Shown here: positions 52,809-64,000 of the stretch, in pieces
Layout: every line of letters starts with the position of its first letter
Position numbering within the stretch: position 1 is the stretch's first letter
NCBI GenBank assembly: GCA_001642005.1
Contig: LWCA01000021.1
Location: forward strand, 17,581 to 81,580
Reading direction: 5' to 3'
Length of the DNA stretch: 64,000 nucleotides
Origin: Intoshia linei
Taxonomy: Eukaryota > Animalia > Orthonectida
Notes under the pieces: model-generated
The model's database searches: none
Told to the model about the DNA's origin: nothing
Seen by the model: only the letters and a program-made list of their open reading frames with translations
Made by a program: the position numbers and the translations under genes

Positions 52809-55770
52809 CTAATTTTCGACTTGAAGCAATTGCTCTTTTTTCATCTTTTTGAATTTTTTCTTTAATTTATTAGATTTTTTTGTTTTTTTAAAGTCTTCCT
52901 TTTTGACAGAAGTTGAAGACTAAATTAAATTAAATACAATAAAATAATGCACTAATGATACCTTTTTTTTAGTTGTTTTTGACAGGTTCAATGATTGAAT
53001 CTAAAAAAATATAAATAAAGCTAGAGCATTAAAAACCTCTACAACAGCCTTTTTCATGACATCAATATTTTTTTCTGGGATTGTACCATCATCCAAATGC
53101 TTTAATTTATCTTCAACTTGTTGTTTTAGGTGAGTTCCAATAATGTTGTTTAGGTTATCTAAAATATTAATCTGAAATAATCTTAGAATATTCACACCTG
53201 AATAACAATCGATTCTGGATGCGATTGAACACTTGTTTGCTAGTAATCTAGAAATTCGGCCTTTATGTTTGGGCTTGGCTCTGCCAATAAACTGAGAATG
53301 AAAAATAAGTCCATATTTGGGAGTATTTCCTTTTTTTTTGAGAGCTCTAAAAAGAGCTTTCTCTGCGCCAAGAATTTGTACAGTGGATGCTGGATATTTT
53401 GCAAGAGAACTTAAACTTCCTGCATGAGAAATTAAACGAGCACCAACCTGATCTCCGATAAGTGTAGATAAATTAGGTGCTATTGTGTTCATTTTTTTTG
53501 ACAGGTAACATTTAAGGCTTGTTTTGTATTTGCTCAATGATACAATTTTTTTACTGAAAATGCTAATATTGATCAAGTCAAAATCACTAATTTCCATTCC
53601 TATATGAATTATATGTAAAGTAACAATAAATGTCTAAAATACCGGTTGAAAATTTAGCTGCTTTAACAATACTTTCAACTATTCCTTCTTCTAAAATTGA
53701 TTTCAGCAGTTCTATTTTCTCATCCGTAAAGTCTTCCTTATTTTGTATAATTTTTGTACATTTGGCGTATAATTCATTGTCCGTTACAAATTTGTACAAT
53801 TCGGGGAAGTGATATGAATACCATTCTCTAAAATAAACATTTCAGTAATTAATAATAAATAAATAAAAATTGCCCTTACAACACCGTCAAATTCTACCGG
53901 GTCCGATATTTTCATATTATTTATAATACTAATTTGAAGTAAGGTAAATAAACGTTTATTAAAAATCTAAATCATATATTTTGATACAAAAAAAATATAA
54001 AATTTCAGCCTTTAAATTTATTTGTAAAAATTAAAAAGCTCCTTCAATGCACCTTTTGGTTTTTTCCGAAATGATATAAATTAAAAACCTAAGTCGCATA
54101 GAGAATGTATTTACGTCCTTTTCCAATTGATCCAAAATAGCAATGCTTTGAATGATCATATTATCAGCTCGATTAACGTTAAATTTCACTTTACACCGAG
54201 AATAACTATGTGCCAAACCTAACCTGGATTTATCACATAAATCCAATTCCATTCCGCCAACAAGTTTAACAAAATGCATTCTAATACCTAAACCAAATTA
54301 AATAGTTTTTATTTTTTGATACCAATGCTAAATTAAAATCACTAACATCATTAGGGGTTTTTAAAATTTTCACATAAATCCTGATCCATATACATTTATT
54401 TATTTGAATAATTGTTTACCTCTCATAATTTCTGGTACAGCTCCAGTGGCAACACATTTAACACTAAATTGTTCACCCATTGAAGCACCTAATTTGGGGT
54501 CGGAAATACCCAAAAAAACTTTTCGCTTTTTCTTAGATTTAGGTACATTTGTATCCAAAAACAGCATCAAATCTTCATGAATAGTAGCTACATTATACAA
54601 AAAGTAAACGGATATTATTAAAACATTACATTTTGTTGTTTACAGTAAACTATTAGAACAGTTTTTGAGTTGTTCTTATAGATAGAGCTGAACGTTAGTT
54701 TAGTAAACGGTATTTCAACCTGGGTTGTGACAGCTAGGGGGGTAATGAGAATTTGAAAATTTTATGAATAAATTTTATATTTTTAATATTATATTTTTAC
54801 ATTCTGTCTTACAATTTAAAAATTTTTCGGTCGCAAATACAAAACAGTTTAAAAAATGAAAACCACTGGTTTAGTACATTACTAAAGAAAATTGTTCTTA
54901 TAGAGCAATGGTTCTCAAATAATTTTTTCTCATTCTTTCCTTAAGCTAACATATTTTTTTCACCAACCCCATAATGTATTATAAATAGATTAAAACTAGA
55001 ATAGTATTTAAAACTATGATTAATGATAATTTTGAGCAGATTTATGTTTTTTTAATTCCAAAATACGAGGCTGAGTAAAAGAAAAAGCGTAGCGTAAACA
55101 TTTAATCGGTTTTTTGATTTTGAATGTCTAAAAGAGTAGCAAATCCATTCACATAAGTACGTTGATACGAAAGGTAAATTAATTACAATAAATTTTTCTC
55201 CGAGTTTAGGGTATGAATTACAAATCTTTTAAAAAAATTTTTAAAAATGTTATTGATTCTTCAGTATATGCACTTTTTGCACTCGAATCATTAATTTAGT
55301 ATTATAATTGATTAATTTCAATATTTAAAATTTCCCTTTCAAATAGTAAAATTCCCGTTGAAAACCAGTTATACTGTGTTCTTATATGCATAATTTGCTG
55401 TATATTGAACTGTAATACAATATAAATTTTTTTGAAATTGTCGAAATTAAAAAATAAAAACTTGAATAAAACCACTAATTATTATAGCTTATTATACAAT
55501 TTAAACATAAATAAACCTTCTGAAATGGCGTTAATATTGTCTAATGCATTTAAACCACCTTTGAAAGGTAAAAATGATGTTAATTTGACTACAGATTTAA
55601 ATCGACTGTAGTCAGTAACATTATATTCAATGTTTCCTTCGAGAAATCCAATTTCTTCAAATTCTACTACGTCAAATAGTGCGTAACCTGTAGCATGCTC
55701 GAATAATATAAACAAACTTAATGTCTATTAAAAATTAATGAATTTAAATAAAAATTATCATATTTACCAT
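52809..55770 (-). CDS. NOP56: Nucleolar protein 56 (box C/D snoRNP core protein)
   Basis: ATG-only first exon (55770-55768), then [128 protein letters not shown] and a Lys-rich tail; stop at 52811-52809. Confidence 0.97.
54706..54868. mobile_element. Short hAT-type MITE in NOP56 intron
   Basis: Perfect 8-bp flanking duplication GTTTAGTA; right terminus TGAAAACCACTG, left terminus degenerate. Confidence 0.65.
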
Positions 55771-56044
55771 TAACTTTGAACGATGTTTCAATTTATAAAA
55801 TGCTAATAAAGTTTTGATAGTTTTATTTACTAATAAATTTGGAAACACGTTTAATCTAGAAAATAAAGTTAAACTTAAATTAATTAAAATAGACGCAAAT
55901 AACCAAAAAAATTTTATAGTAATGTACAGAATATTTTGTTTTTTCCACTTTATACTACTAATTTAATTTTCTGTTATCAAATGTTTGTGAAGACGCTATC
56001 TTAATTTTTTTTTCGTCTCATGTACAATGTACTACCGTGTAGAG

Positions 56045-56573
56045 CAGCCATTCTCAACGGAGTCTATGTGGACCCCTTAGGGTCCACAGCATTTTTTTGG
56101 GGGTCCATGAAAATTATATACATGTATTACATATTATATATTTAACTGATTTATTTGATATGACTTTCCACAAAATTATCCGGAACTATGGAAAGTTGCA
56201 CGACTTTATTTTATTGCCTTCCCATCAACGTATTTAGTTGAATGTGGATTCAGTTACGTAGTTTTATTATCAAAAAGAAAGAATAGATTAGATATAGTCA
56301 AAAGAGGAGATCCAAGGCTAGCTTTATCAAATTTAAAACCTGATATAGAACTACTTGTAAAAAAGTCATTAATTAAATATAATATAATGTTAGTATTAAA
56401 ATTTAAAAATTTGTTTAATATTAATAGTTCATCAACTTTATCATCTCGATAAACTAGATTACTTCATCTCATTTGGCCATCATTTGTTTCACCCAAATGT
56501 AATGATTCATTAAAAATTGTAATTATTATTAATTTTTTGGGGGTTCACAGCGAAAAAGGGTTGAGAATGCCTG
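56045..56573 (+). mobile_element. hAT deletion derivative with transposase C-terminal remnant, in the divergent promoter region of NOP56
   Basis: CAGCCATTCTCAAC ... GTTGAGAATGCCTG; flanks GTGTAGAG / GTGTAGAC; encodes FIAFPSTYLVECGFS...KRKNRLDIVKRGDPRLALSNLKPDIELLV. Confidence 0.88.
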
Positions 56574-57026
56574 GTGTAGACTAGACGGTGTAGTGCCACT
56601 ATAAATACAACTTTTACATCTTACAAATTTACATTGACATTTAGTTAAGACTTTTGAGTCAACAGTCATGACATGGATTATCCAAAGTAAAACTATCTGA
56701 CTGATATTTTTTGCGTTTTACTTTTGTTTTGAAAATTTTACTAAGAATTGTACAATTATAAAATTGCATCATTATCGAATATTTCTTAAACTTAAAGTTT
56801 GGAGTATACATCTTATCCACTTTCATATTATATTAATTTGTAAATCATGGAAATTTATTCGACTGTATTATGTTTACATATTTTGTGTTCTTCAATCTCA
56901 GTTACATAAAATTTAAATAAACTAAAAATTTTCACACAAATTGAAAAAAAGTGTCAACGCTACATATTGTATTTTGGTTGACATTAAAAAAATAAATTTT
57001 CAAATTTAATCTCTAAAACAAGTAAA

Positions 57027-60000
57027 ATGGACTATTCAAGCTTTGTTCAACAAATCCAGTATAAGATGTGAATATAAGTGATTTGCAAAATTTAGAAATT
57101 TTAATAATGAAATTGACCAAAACCCTGAAAATTTAGGATTTATAAAGAAACTTTTTATTCAACAATTGTTTAAAAATGCTCAACTTGACCGACACGTATA
57201 ATTAACTATATCATTAATATTTAATATAATTAAATTTATATTCAAAAACAATATACATTAACAGTAAATTAGTGTCATATTTTACAAAGATCTAATGAAA
57301 AATATGAATATGCCTTCAATGAAGCAACTCAAAAAATTTCTCAGTGTATTGATCTGTGCGAGTAATATTTTTTGTATAAAGTTAAACCTTCAATGTGCAG
57401 TTTTTACATTTCGTATTTATTATAGATTTTTATAAAAACATTTAGACATAATGAATCATGCTCTTTTACAGAACAAAAAAATGACTTTAAAGAAATTTCT
57501 ACAAATTTACACAATTGTATTCATGATTTAAATAAGAAACGATATGTACATTTATATTTTTAAATTAACGTCACCCAATTTATAATTTTTTTTCATCGGG
57601 AATGCGTAGATTTATGGGGATGAAATTTTGTATTTATATCAACTGAAATAAGGTCTATCAAAATAATTTTTTTTTTTAATTTTCGGACCGTTAATTATTT
57701 CACATTTTTTGTTTTAATAAAATATTTCGGAAAAAAAATATATGAATACTAAAATACTTTTTTGACCGTGAAGTCGTCACTTATTCGGATTGAAATTATA
57801 ATATGTGTGTTAACAGGAAATTCTAGGGCTGTTTTCATTAAAAAAGAAGGGTAATTTGGGGTTTTAGCCCTGAAGATATAATTTTTTTAAATTTATGATT
57901 ATGTTTATGATTTTAAAATCCGAATCTGCGTATATATTTTTTTAAATTCTCCAACTCGTTTTATTTTCAAAAAGAGGGACAACAAAGATTTTTGACCCGT
58001 AAGATGTGAAATTGGGAGGTTGACATTTATCTTATTATACGTCCCGGAAAAAACTGTAATTATAATGTGATCTTTAAAAAATTCTAAGAGTGGTAGTTAT
58101 TTCAATAAAGTGGGACACACACACAAACAAAAATCGCGTAACCTTTTATATAAGTTAGGATGACACTCGGCTACTAACTTATTGCATATCTTTTTCGTTG
58201 GTTTAAAATTTAAATTTAGGAAAAAATTGAAAGTGAAATATTTCTCGGAAATGTAAAAAACAATTTTATAGTGGAATCAACTTGTAATAAATTGGATGAT
58301 TACTATTATGGAAATTTTAAAATTAATGTCGAGGCTGTGGTATTTATTTGAGAAATTTTGTTTTAATTTCAATTAACTGTTTTCGAGAATTAATTAATGT
58401 CAATAAATTAATCAACTAAAATAATATTTTCAATTGAGAGATTGGATCTACGATTTTTAAATTTAACAATTTTGTCCAATTTATATAATATCCAAATATT
58501 TCTATCAATTTTCTCGTATTTTGTGTTACATATTTCTGGTACTATCTTTTTTTTAAATACTGTAAATTTTTACTCACAAGTTTTTAATTTTAAGTTTTAA
58601 CACGAGTAAATTACTAAAAATGGGCGTCTACTTAAATCCAACCATTTTTACTAAAAATCAAAATCTATCGACCCTTAAGGGAAAAATGCAGTTTTATCAA
58701 CCCTAAAAGGAAAAATCCAATTTTACCGAATTGCAGAGTATCCCATAATAACTCATTACCACAAACAAAAAAAAGTGAAGTTCTTAAATAGAAGGATTAT
58801 CAATAAACACATATTAAATCGCTTTAATATTTACTCAAACTGATGATTAAAAAAATAATTTTCAAAACAAAAGTAACAAAAATTTACTCATTATTGATTT
58901 TTCTGTTCTTGAAATATTTTAGATGTTTTTAGTAGTCTTTCTCGCTTTCTAAGTAGTTTTATTAAGGTTGGTAAAAGTGGAATTTTTAATAAATAGTTGG
59001 TATAGTGATTTTTGCCATAAGGGTATGTAAATTTTGATTTTTAGTAAAAATATTCTCATTAAAAATTATACTTACTCAAAATTATCAGTACATGTATTTA
59101 CATTTAGCAAAAGTTATCTATAAATTTGTTGAGTTTATACTGTCAATTGTATTCTCTAAAAAATTTGTTTTATTTTGAATTTCACCAAAATGTAAAAATT
59201 AAAAAAGATTTATCAAATGTATTGGCAAATATTTCCAATTTATCTATAATTTTTCCTAGCAAAAATTTACAGGTACTAATCAATTTGTAACTAAATTTGA
59301 TGGATTATTCCGTATTATGTAAATGTATATAATGGAAGGTATGATGATAGTTTCAATTTACATTATGTTCATGATATTTAAATGACCTGATGTTAATAAA
59401 TTTCTATGTGACATTATTATCTATGTATTATATCAGGGCTCGGCAACCAGTGGTTCACAGAATAATTTTGGTGGCTCTTTGAGTAAATATGTAAATTATT
59501 TATTTTTAAATTTTTCTACTTTTAAACACTTTTCTACCATAATTAGCTTATTATTATCATTTTAACTCTGAATTTTCAGATCGTCCTGGATATTATTTTG
59601 TTGAATATACAATTACCGTTTCTCTTAAGTTGAAATTGAAATTTATCATGTGTAAATTTTCAAAAACGGGCCCGTAAAATTTTTGGATAAAAAAAAGTGG
59701 TCCACGAGACGCAAAATGTTGCTGACCCGTGTATTATATGATAATTGTCAATCATATACATGTACATAAATTTATTAAAAATTTTGATGTACAATACATT
59801 CAAGTATACTTAATCGTTCAATCATAACAATCGTTTAGAAGTTGTTTTTAACAGAATTAAATTACAAACAAGAACACAAGGAGGATTGTAAATTTTATGC
59901 ACAGTATACAAAATTGAAGGATTTAAAAATTATTAAAATGAAAAATTTAACGACTTTGTGCAATGCCCACAAATATGAAATTTCTTTTTTAGAAAAAAAG

Positions 60001-62251
60001 GTTTATGGGCACTTTTTTTATTTTATTGTATTATTACTTACTTTATTATAATACACTCTATGTAACTCATTCATTTTTTTGGATAAATGCTTAAAATCAA
60101 AAATGACTCCCACGTATAAAATGGGTCTTTCTAATAAAAAAAAGTGGACACCCTAACATACAGTTTTGTGTTGTATAAGGTGATATTTTATAATTAGAAT
60201 TTAATCTGAAATTCAGATTCTGAATATATAAAAATTAGTGTTGAATCTAGATTATAAATTATTGAGATTTATTATGTCGTCTAGTTATTGGAAAATATTT
60301 CCCTGTGGGGAACCCACACTCAAAGTTTATAGAATATTTTATAGAGACGTTTCTTTATAATTTTATTGCGTGATTATTTAAATATTTCATCGTGTGTCAG
60401 TTAGGTCCACATATATGAATTATATAATGATGTATTTTTGTTGACGTAAGTTTAAGCTGCATATGTTTGAAACTAATTGGTTATATTCATTTTTAGAATG
60501 AAATTAACGAAAATGATTTAATTACCTTGAAATCGTTTAATAAGAAAATGTTGACATTTGTAAAAGATTCCATCGTCAAAATTCGGTATCTTTTTGTATT
60601 TTGTATGCTATGAAGCTATAACAGGCTGATTCAAGTATATTGGGTTAAGGATAAACAATTTATTTTAGAAATTTTTTGACTTATGTAAAAATTTTTTTAC
60701 TACCTTTATGCCAAAGTTTGTTTAACCTCATCTTCCGTTATATTTTTATAATTCGGAAAGTTATAAGTCCTAAATAGTTTTTTTTAAGTTTTTTAAATCA
60801 ATAAGTTGCCATGAACGTATTAGACTCTTAATTTAATCCTAGATTAATTATAATTAGAGGTATAATAATTTTTCAAATTAACTTTTCTTTTTAATTTGGT
60901 CCTGACTTGATCTAAACTTTGAAAAAATAAAATATAATGCGTTATAAACCCAATTATATACATATAATTAATACAATTATAATCTTTTAATAGTAATAAG
61001 ATACTTTTTGATAATATTTTATGTTATAAATTTAGAAATGAATACAATAAACAATTTAAAGATGTCATAATTAATAAATTGGGTAAATTATTAAATAGAA
61101 AGGGTATAATGTTTAATGTCGCATTAACCCAAGTAATAAAACTTTATATCATCTAAAATATTTTTTTGATGATTATAGCGGGGTTCCGTAAAAACGTTAA
61201 ACTGTATCCAGGATTTTTTAATCTTTACCGTAATATCGTTATTAAGTAAATTCGTTAAATTCCATTTTTTATAATAATACGTAATTACAGGTTTTGGCTG
61301 TTTTGAGAATTTTTGGTGGATGCACATTTATGATCCTGATATATAATATAGTATATAAGATAATATACCTGCTAATGTTCCCGCTTCCAGGTATTGATTT
61401 GGACCACTTTTGCAAATGCTTATATTAAATCTAATTTGAGAACATTGGGAGTCACAGGAATTTTTTTAAAAATGAAAGAATATATTGAAAAAAGAAAATT
61501 CGCTTAATATTATAATAATCTCGGTTAGGTGGTATTTGAGTTCTATACGGCATCAAATTATATAAAGTTCTAGAACTTTTGTAATTTTTAAATTAAAGGG
61601 TAATTTGTGGTTTTGACCCTGAAGATCTACCTTTTTGAAATTAACATTTATGATAATGCTCATGATTTTAAAATTTGTATCAGACTGTATTTTGTTTTAA
61701 ATTCTAGGATTCGTTTGATTTAAAAAAAGGATAATTCTTATTAATTTTTAATTCCCCATCAAGGGCTTGATTAAAAAAAATCTATCCCTTTTAAAGTTTG
61801 GTGAAAAAATAATCTGAAATTTCCCTTTTGACAATAAAAAATATGTTCATAATGCAATTATGTATATAATTTTTATATTAATTTATACAAAATTGAGACT
61901 TATTTACCTATATTCATTTTAAAATTAAATTTAAATTTAAATTTAAATCCAATTTAATTTATTAAGATTTCTATGTTCAGAGCCGGGTCTACCACAATAC
62001 TCCCCTTCGGGGGACGGACGAATCTATTAATTTTAATATTTTTTGAAAAAAACGTTAACACACACATACATTAAATTTTATATAAGTAAGGATAATTTAG
62101 AACTACTAGTAAATAAAATTAATTTTTTTTTATATTACATGTAGATAACATTAATGAAAAATTTAAAAAACTGAAAAATATGTATTATGAAAACGGTAAA
62201 GGGATAAATGAACATTTTGTTGATTTCTTGGAATCTTATGATAGTTTTATG
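57027..62251 (+). CDS. Multi-exon predicted coiled-coil protein of unknown function (weak HAUS3-like resemblance); probably continues past 62251
   Basis: Phase-compatible exons starting at 57027, ~57096, ~57273, ~57446, ~58220, ~59260, ~59855, ~60497, ~61036 and ~62144 give MDYSSFVQQIQ-NFNNEIDQNPENLGFIKKLF...KLDDYYYG...KLKNMYYENGKGINEHFVDFLESYDSFM. Further exon-like pieces at ~63.1-63.5 kb are unresolved. Confidence 0.65.
57580..58160 (-). mobile_element. Non-autonomous Helitron-like element, 5' portion, intronic
   Basis: Minus strand starts A|TCCTAACTTATATAAAAGGTTACGCGATTTTTGTTTGTGTGTGTG; collinear with 16300-16787. Confidence 0.65.
59434..59731. mobile_element. hAT-type MITE, intronic
   Basis: CAGGGCTCGGCAAC ... 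GTTGCTGACCCGTG with a perfect TSD TATTATAT. Confidence 0.8.
61570..62092 (-). mobile_element. Helitron-like element, related subfamily
   Basis: Minus strand starts A|TCCTTACTTATATAAAATTTAATGTATGTGTGTG; shares GGTAATTTGTGGTTTTG[A/G]CCCTGAAGAT with the other copies. Confidence 0.55.
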
Positions 62252-63606
62252 GTATGCATTTTGAATTTTTAAAATAATTGATATAAAATATGTATAAATA
62301 ATAATTTTATTAATTCATTGAATTATAAATCATATACATGTTTCTTATACATTTTGTCATTATAATTGTAAACATTGTTTACAACTTTAATGTATTCTGT
62401 ATATCAGGTTTCTTAACCTTTTCTTAACACGCGAGCCCATTTTAACTGAAAAAATTCCACATCAAAATTTTTATTTCTATGTACATTTGTAATACAGATT
62501 TTATATATATAATCTGTATATGAGCCATTCTCTAGCAAATAAAATATAAATATTTCAATTTAAGTGACCTACAGGAAATAATATCCAAGACTCATACTCA
62601 TAGATAGACTTAAAATGCGCCTATTACAGCGTGCAACATGGTGATTTGCACTATTTTACATATAAGTAAATACTAAAACGTATTTACAGTTAAAACCCAT
62701 TACGGCGTTACGCGCAAAAAATATGATAAAATTTTCAAATCTGTTTCTTGATTAGTCTTGTGCATATTTACTTAATTGAGGTTTTGTAATAGATTGAATA
62801 ATGATATAATAACGTAGTTAACAAAAATATTTCCGAAATTCAAAAAAATCTATCCTTATAATTAGACTATAAATTCGGGTCAAAATACGCATAAAATGTT
62901 ACGGCGTTAAGAATTGAACTTATTATTTACGTTATACATTTATGGTATTAATAAATTTTAATAGCATTATTTTTACGCATATTCGAAAGAGTTTAATTTT
63001 CTGAACATTACCATGTACTGTTATTACTTTTTTAGTCAACATTGGCATAGTTATGATGCATTTCTTTTGAGAATGTATTTTAAAATATAGTATATTTTAT
63101 TTTTTTATGTCATAATATCTTAATAGAGCCTTAATATTACATTTTCTATAATAATTTTGTAATATCCTGAAAATATATGAATCAAACTAACAAACAACGT
63201 AAAAAGAAATCTGGTAGTATATAATATAAATTTATCGTTTTTTTAATTTATGACAGAGAATGGCTCATATATATAAATTTAGTTATAATTTTTAAAATTA
63301 TAAAAATACGAATTTTTCAATTTGATTTTTGAGATAGATGGACAATCTATTGGACTTTTAAAACATTGGAACTATTATGTATTTGAAATTTTTATTAATT
63401 TAAAATGATGAAAAATAAAAATATAATAAAATCACGTAACTCGCGATTATAACTATTTTAGGTAAAAGATGTAATCAATAAAGGAATAGATGAATTTGAA
63501 TCATCCCGTAATTTTATCCTGTATTTTGTTGTTTGATATTTAGTATACTGATGTTTAATTTATATAAATGAAGGAACTTGTTTAGTTAATATTTAGCTAT
63601 TCCAAA

Positions 63607-64000
63607 TCCTAACTTATATAAAATGCGACGCGATTTTTGTTTGTGTGTGTGTTCAGTTTTATTTAAATAACTACCCGTCTTAGAATTTTTTAAAAACATC
63701 ATTTCAATTACAGTTTTTTTCGGGACGTATATTAAGATATATTTCAACCTCCCAATTTCACATCTTAAGGGTCAAAAACCCCTGTTGTCCCTCTTTTTGA
63801 AAATTAAACGAATTGAAGAATTTAAAAAAATATATACGCTGATGCGGATTTTAAAATTATAAACATTATCTATATTAAATTTAAATTTAAAAAAATTATA
63901 TCTTCAGGGCCAAAACTCCAAATTCCCTTCCTTTTTTTTTGAAAATAGCCCTAGAATTTCAAAAAATTTACAGGTGGTAGAGTTGTATCATGTTAACATG
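63607..64000 (+). mobile_element. Non-autonomous Helitron-like element, 5' portion, truncated by window
   Basis: A|TCCTAACTTATATAAAATGCGACGCGATTTTTGTTTGTGTGTGTG; reverse complement of 16400-16787. Confidence 0.7.

Noticed and set aside
53872-53905. Minus-strand GAATTTGACGG..AAGGGCA similar to a conserved SSU rRNA motif
   Set aside because: Short, interrupted, and sense rather than antisense to rRNA; not a guide or rRNA gene.
55015-55075. ATGAT..CTGA box C/D-like pair in a NOP56 intron
   Set aside because: On the strand opposite to NOP56 transcription and within a hAT-like MITE.

Overview
Very AT-rich eukaryotic (metazoan) genomic DNA, not prokaryotic. Genes are split by GT-AG introns that are either tiny (about 30-60 nt) or inflated by short DNA-transposon remnants. 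This architecture plus fast-evolving proteins would fit a compact-genome parasitic invertebrate such as an orthonectid (inference, unverified). Exon-by-exon reconstruction gives these genes in order: kune-kune-type claudin (-, runs off the left edge); XRRA1-like LRR gene (+); divergent V-ATPase subunit C (-, one GC-AG intron); divergent CCDC12/Cwf18 (-); a possible unannotated small multi-exon gene (-); a ~9 kb gene-poor region; RERE/atrophin-type BAH-ELM2-SANT-GATA corepressor (+); an intronless 122-aa orphan ORF (+); PIKfyve/Fab1 (-); NOP56 (-); and a coiled-coil gene, possibly HAUS3-like (+, 3' end unresolved). Mobile DNA includes hAT (Buster/Charlie-like) MITEs with 8-bp TSDs, a MULE deletion derivative with a SWIM remnant, a pogo/Tigger-like MITE, and at least 7 copies of a Helitron-like family. 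No CRISPR, tRNA or rRNA seen. I cannot demonstrate a new biological system. The best leads are a GC-rich folded island at 20.49-20.71 kb, the orphan ORF, the hidden gene at 15-17.2 kb, the remodelled RERE C-terminus and the very tight gene spacings.
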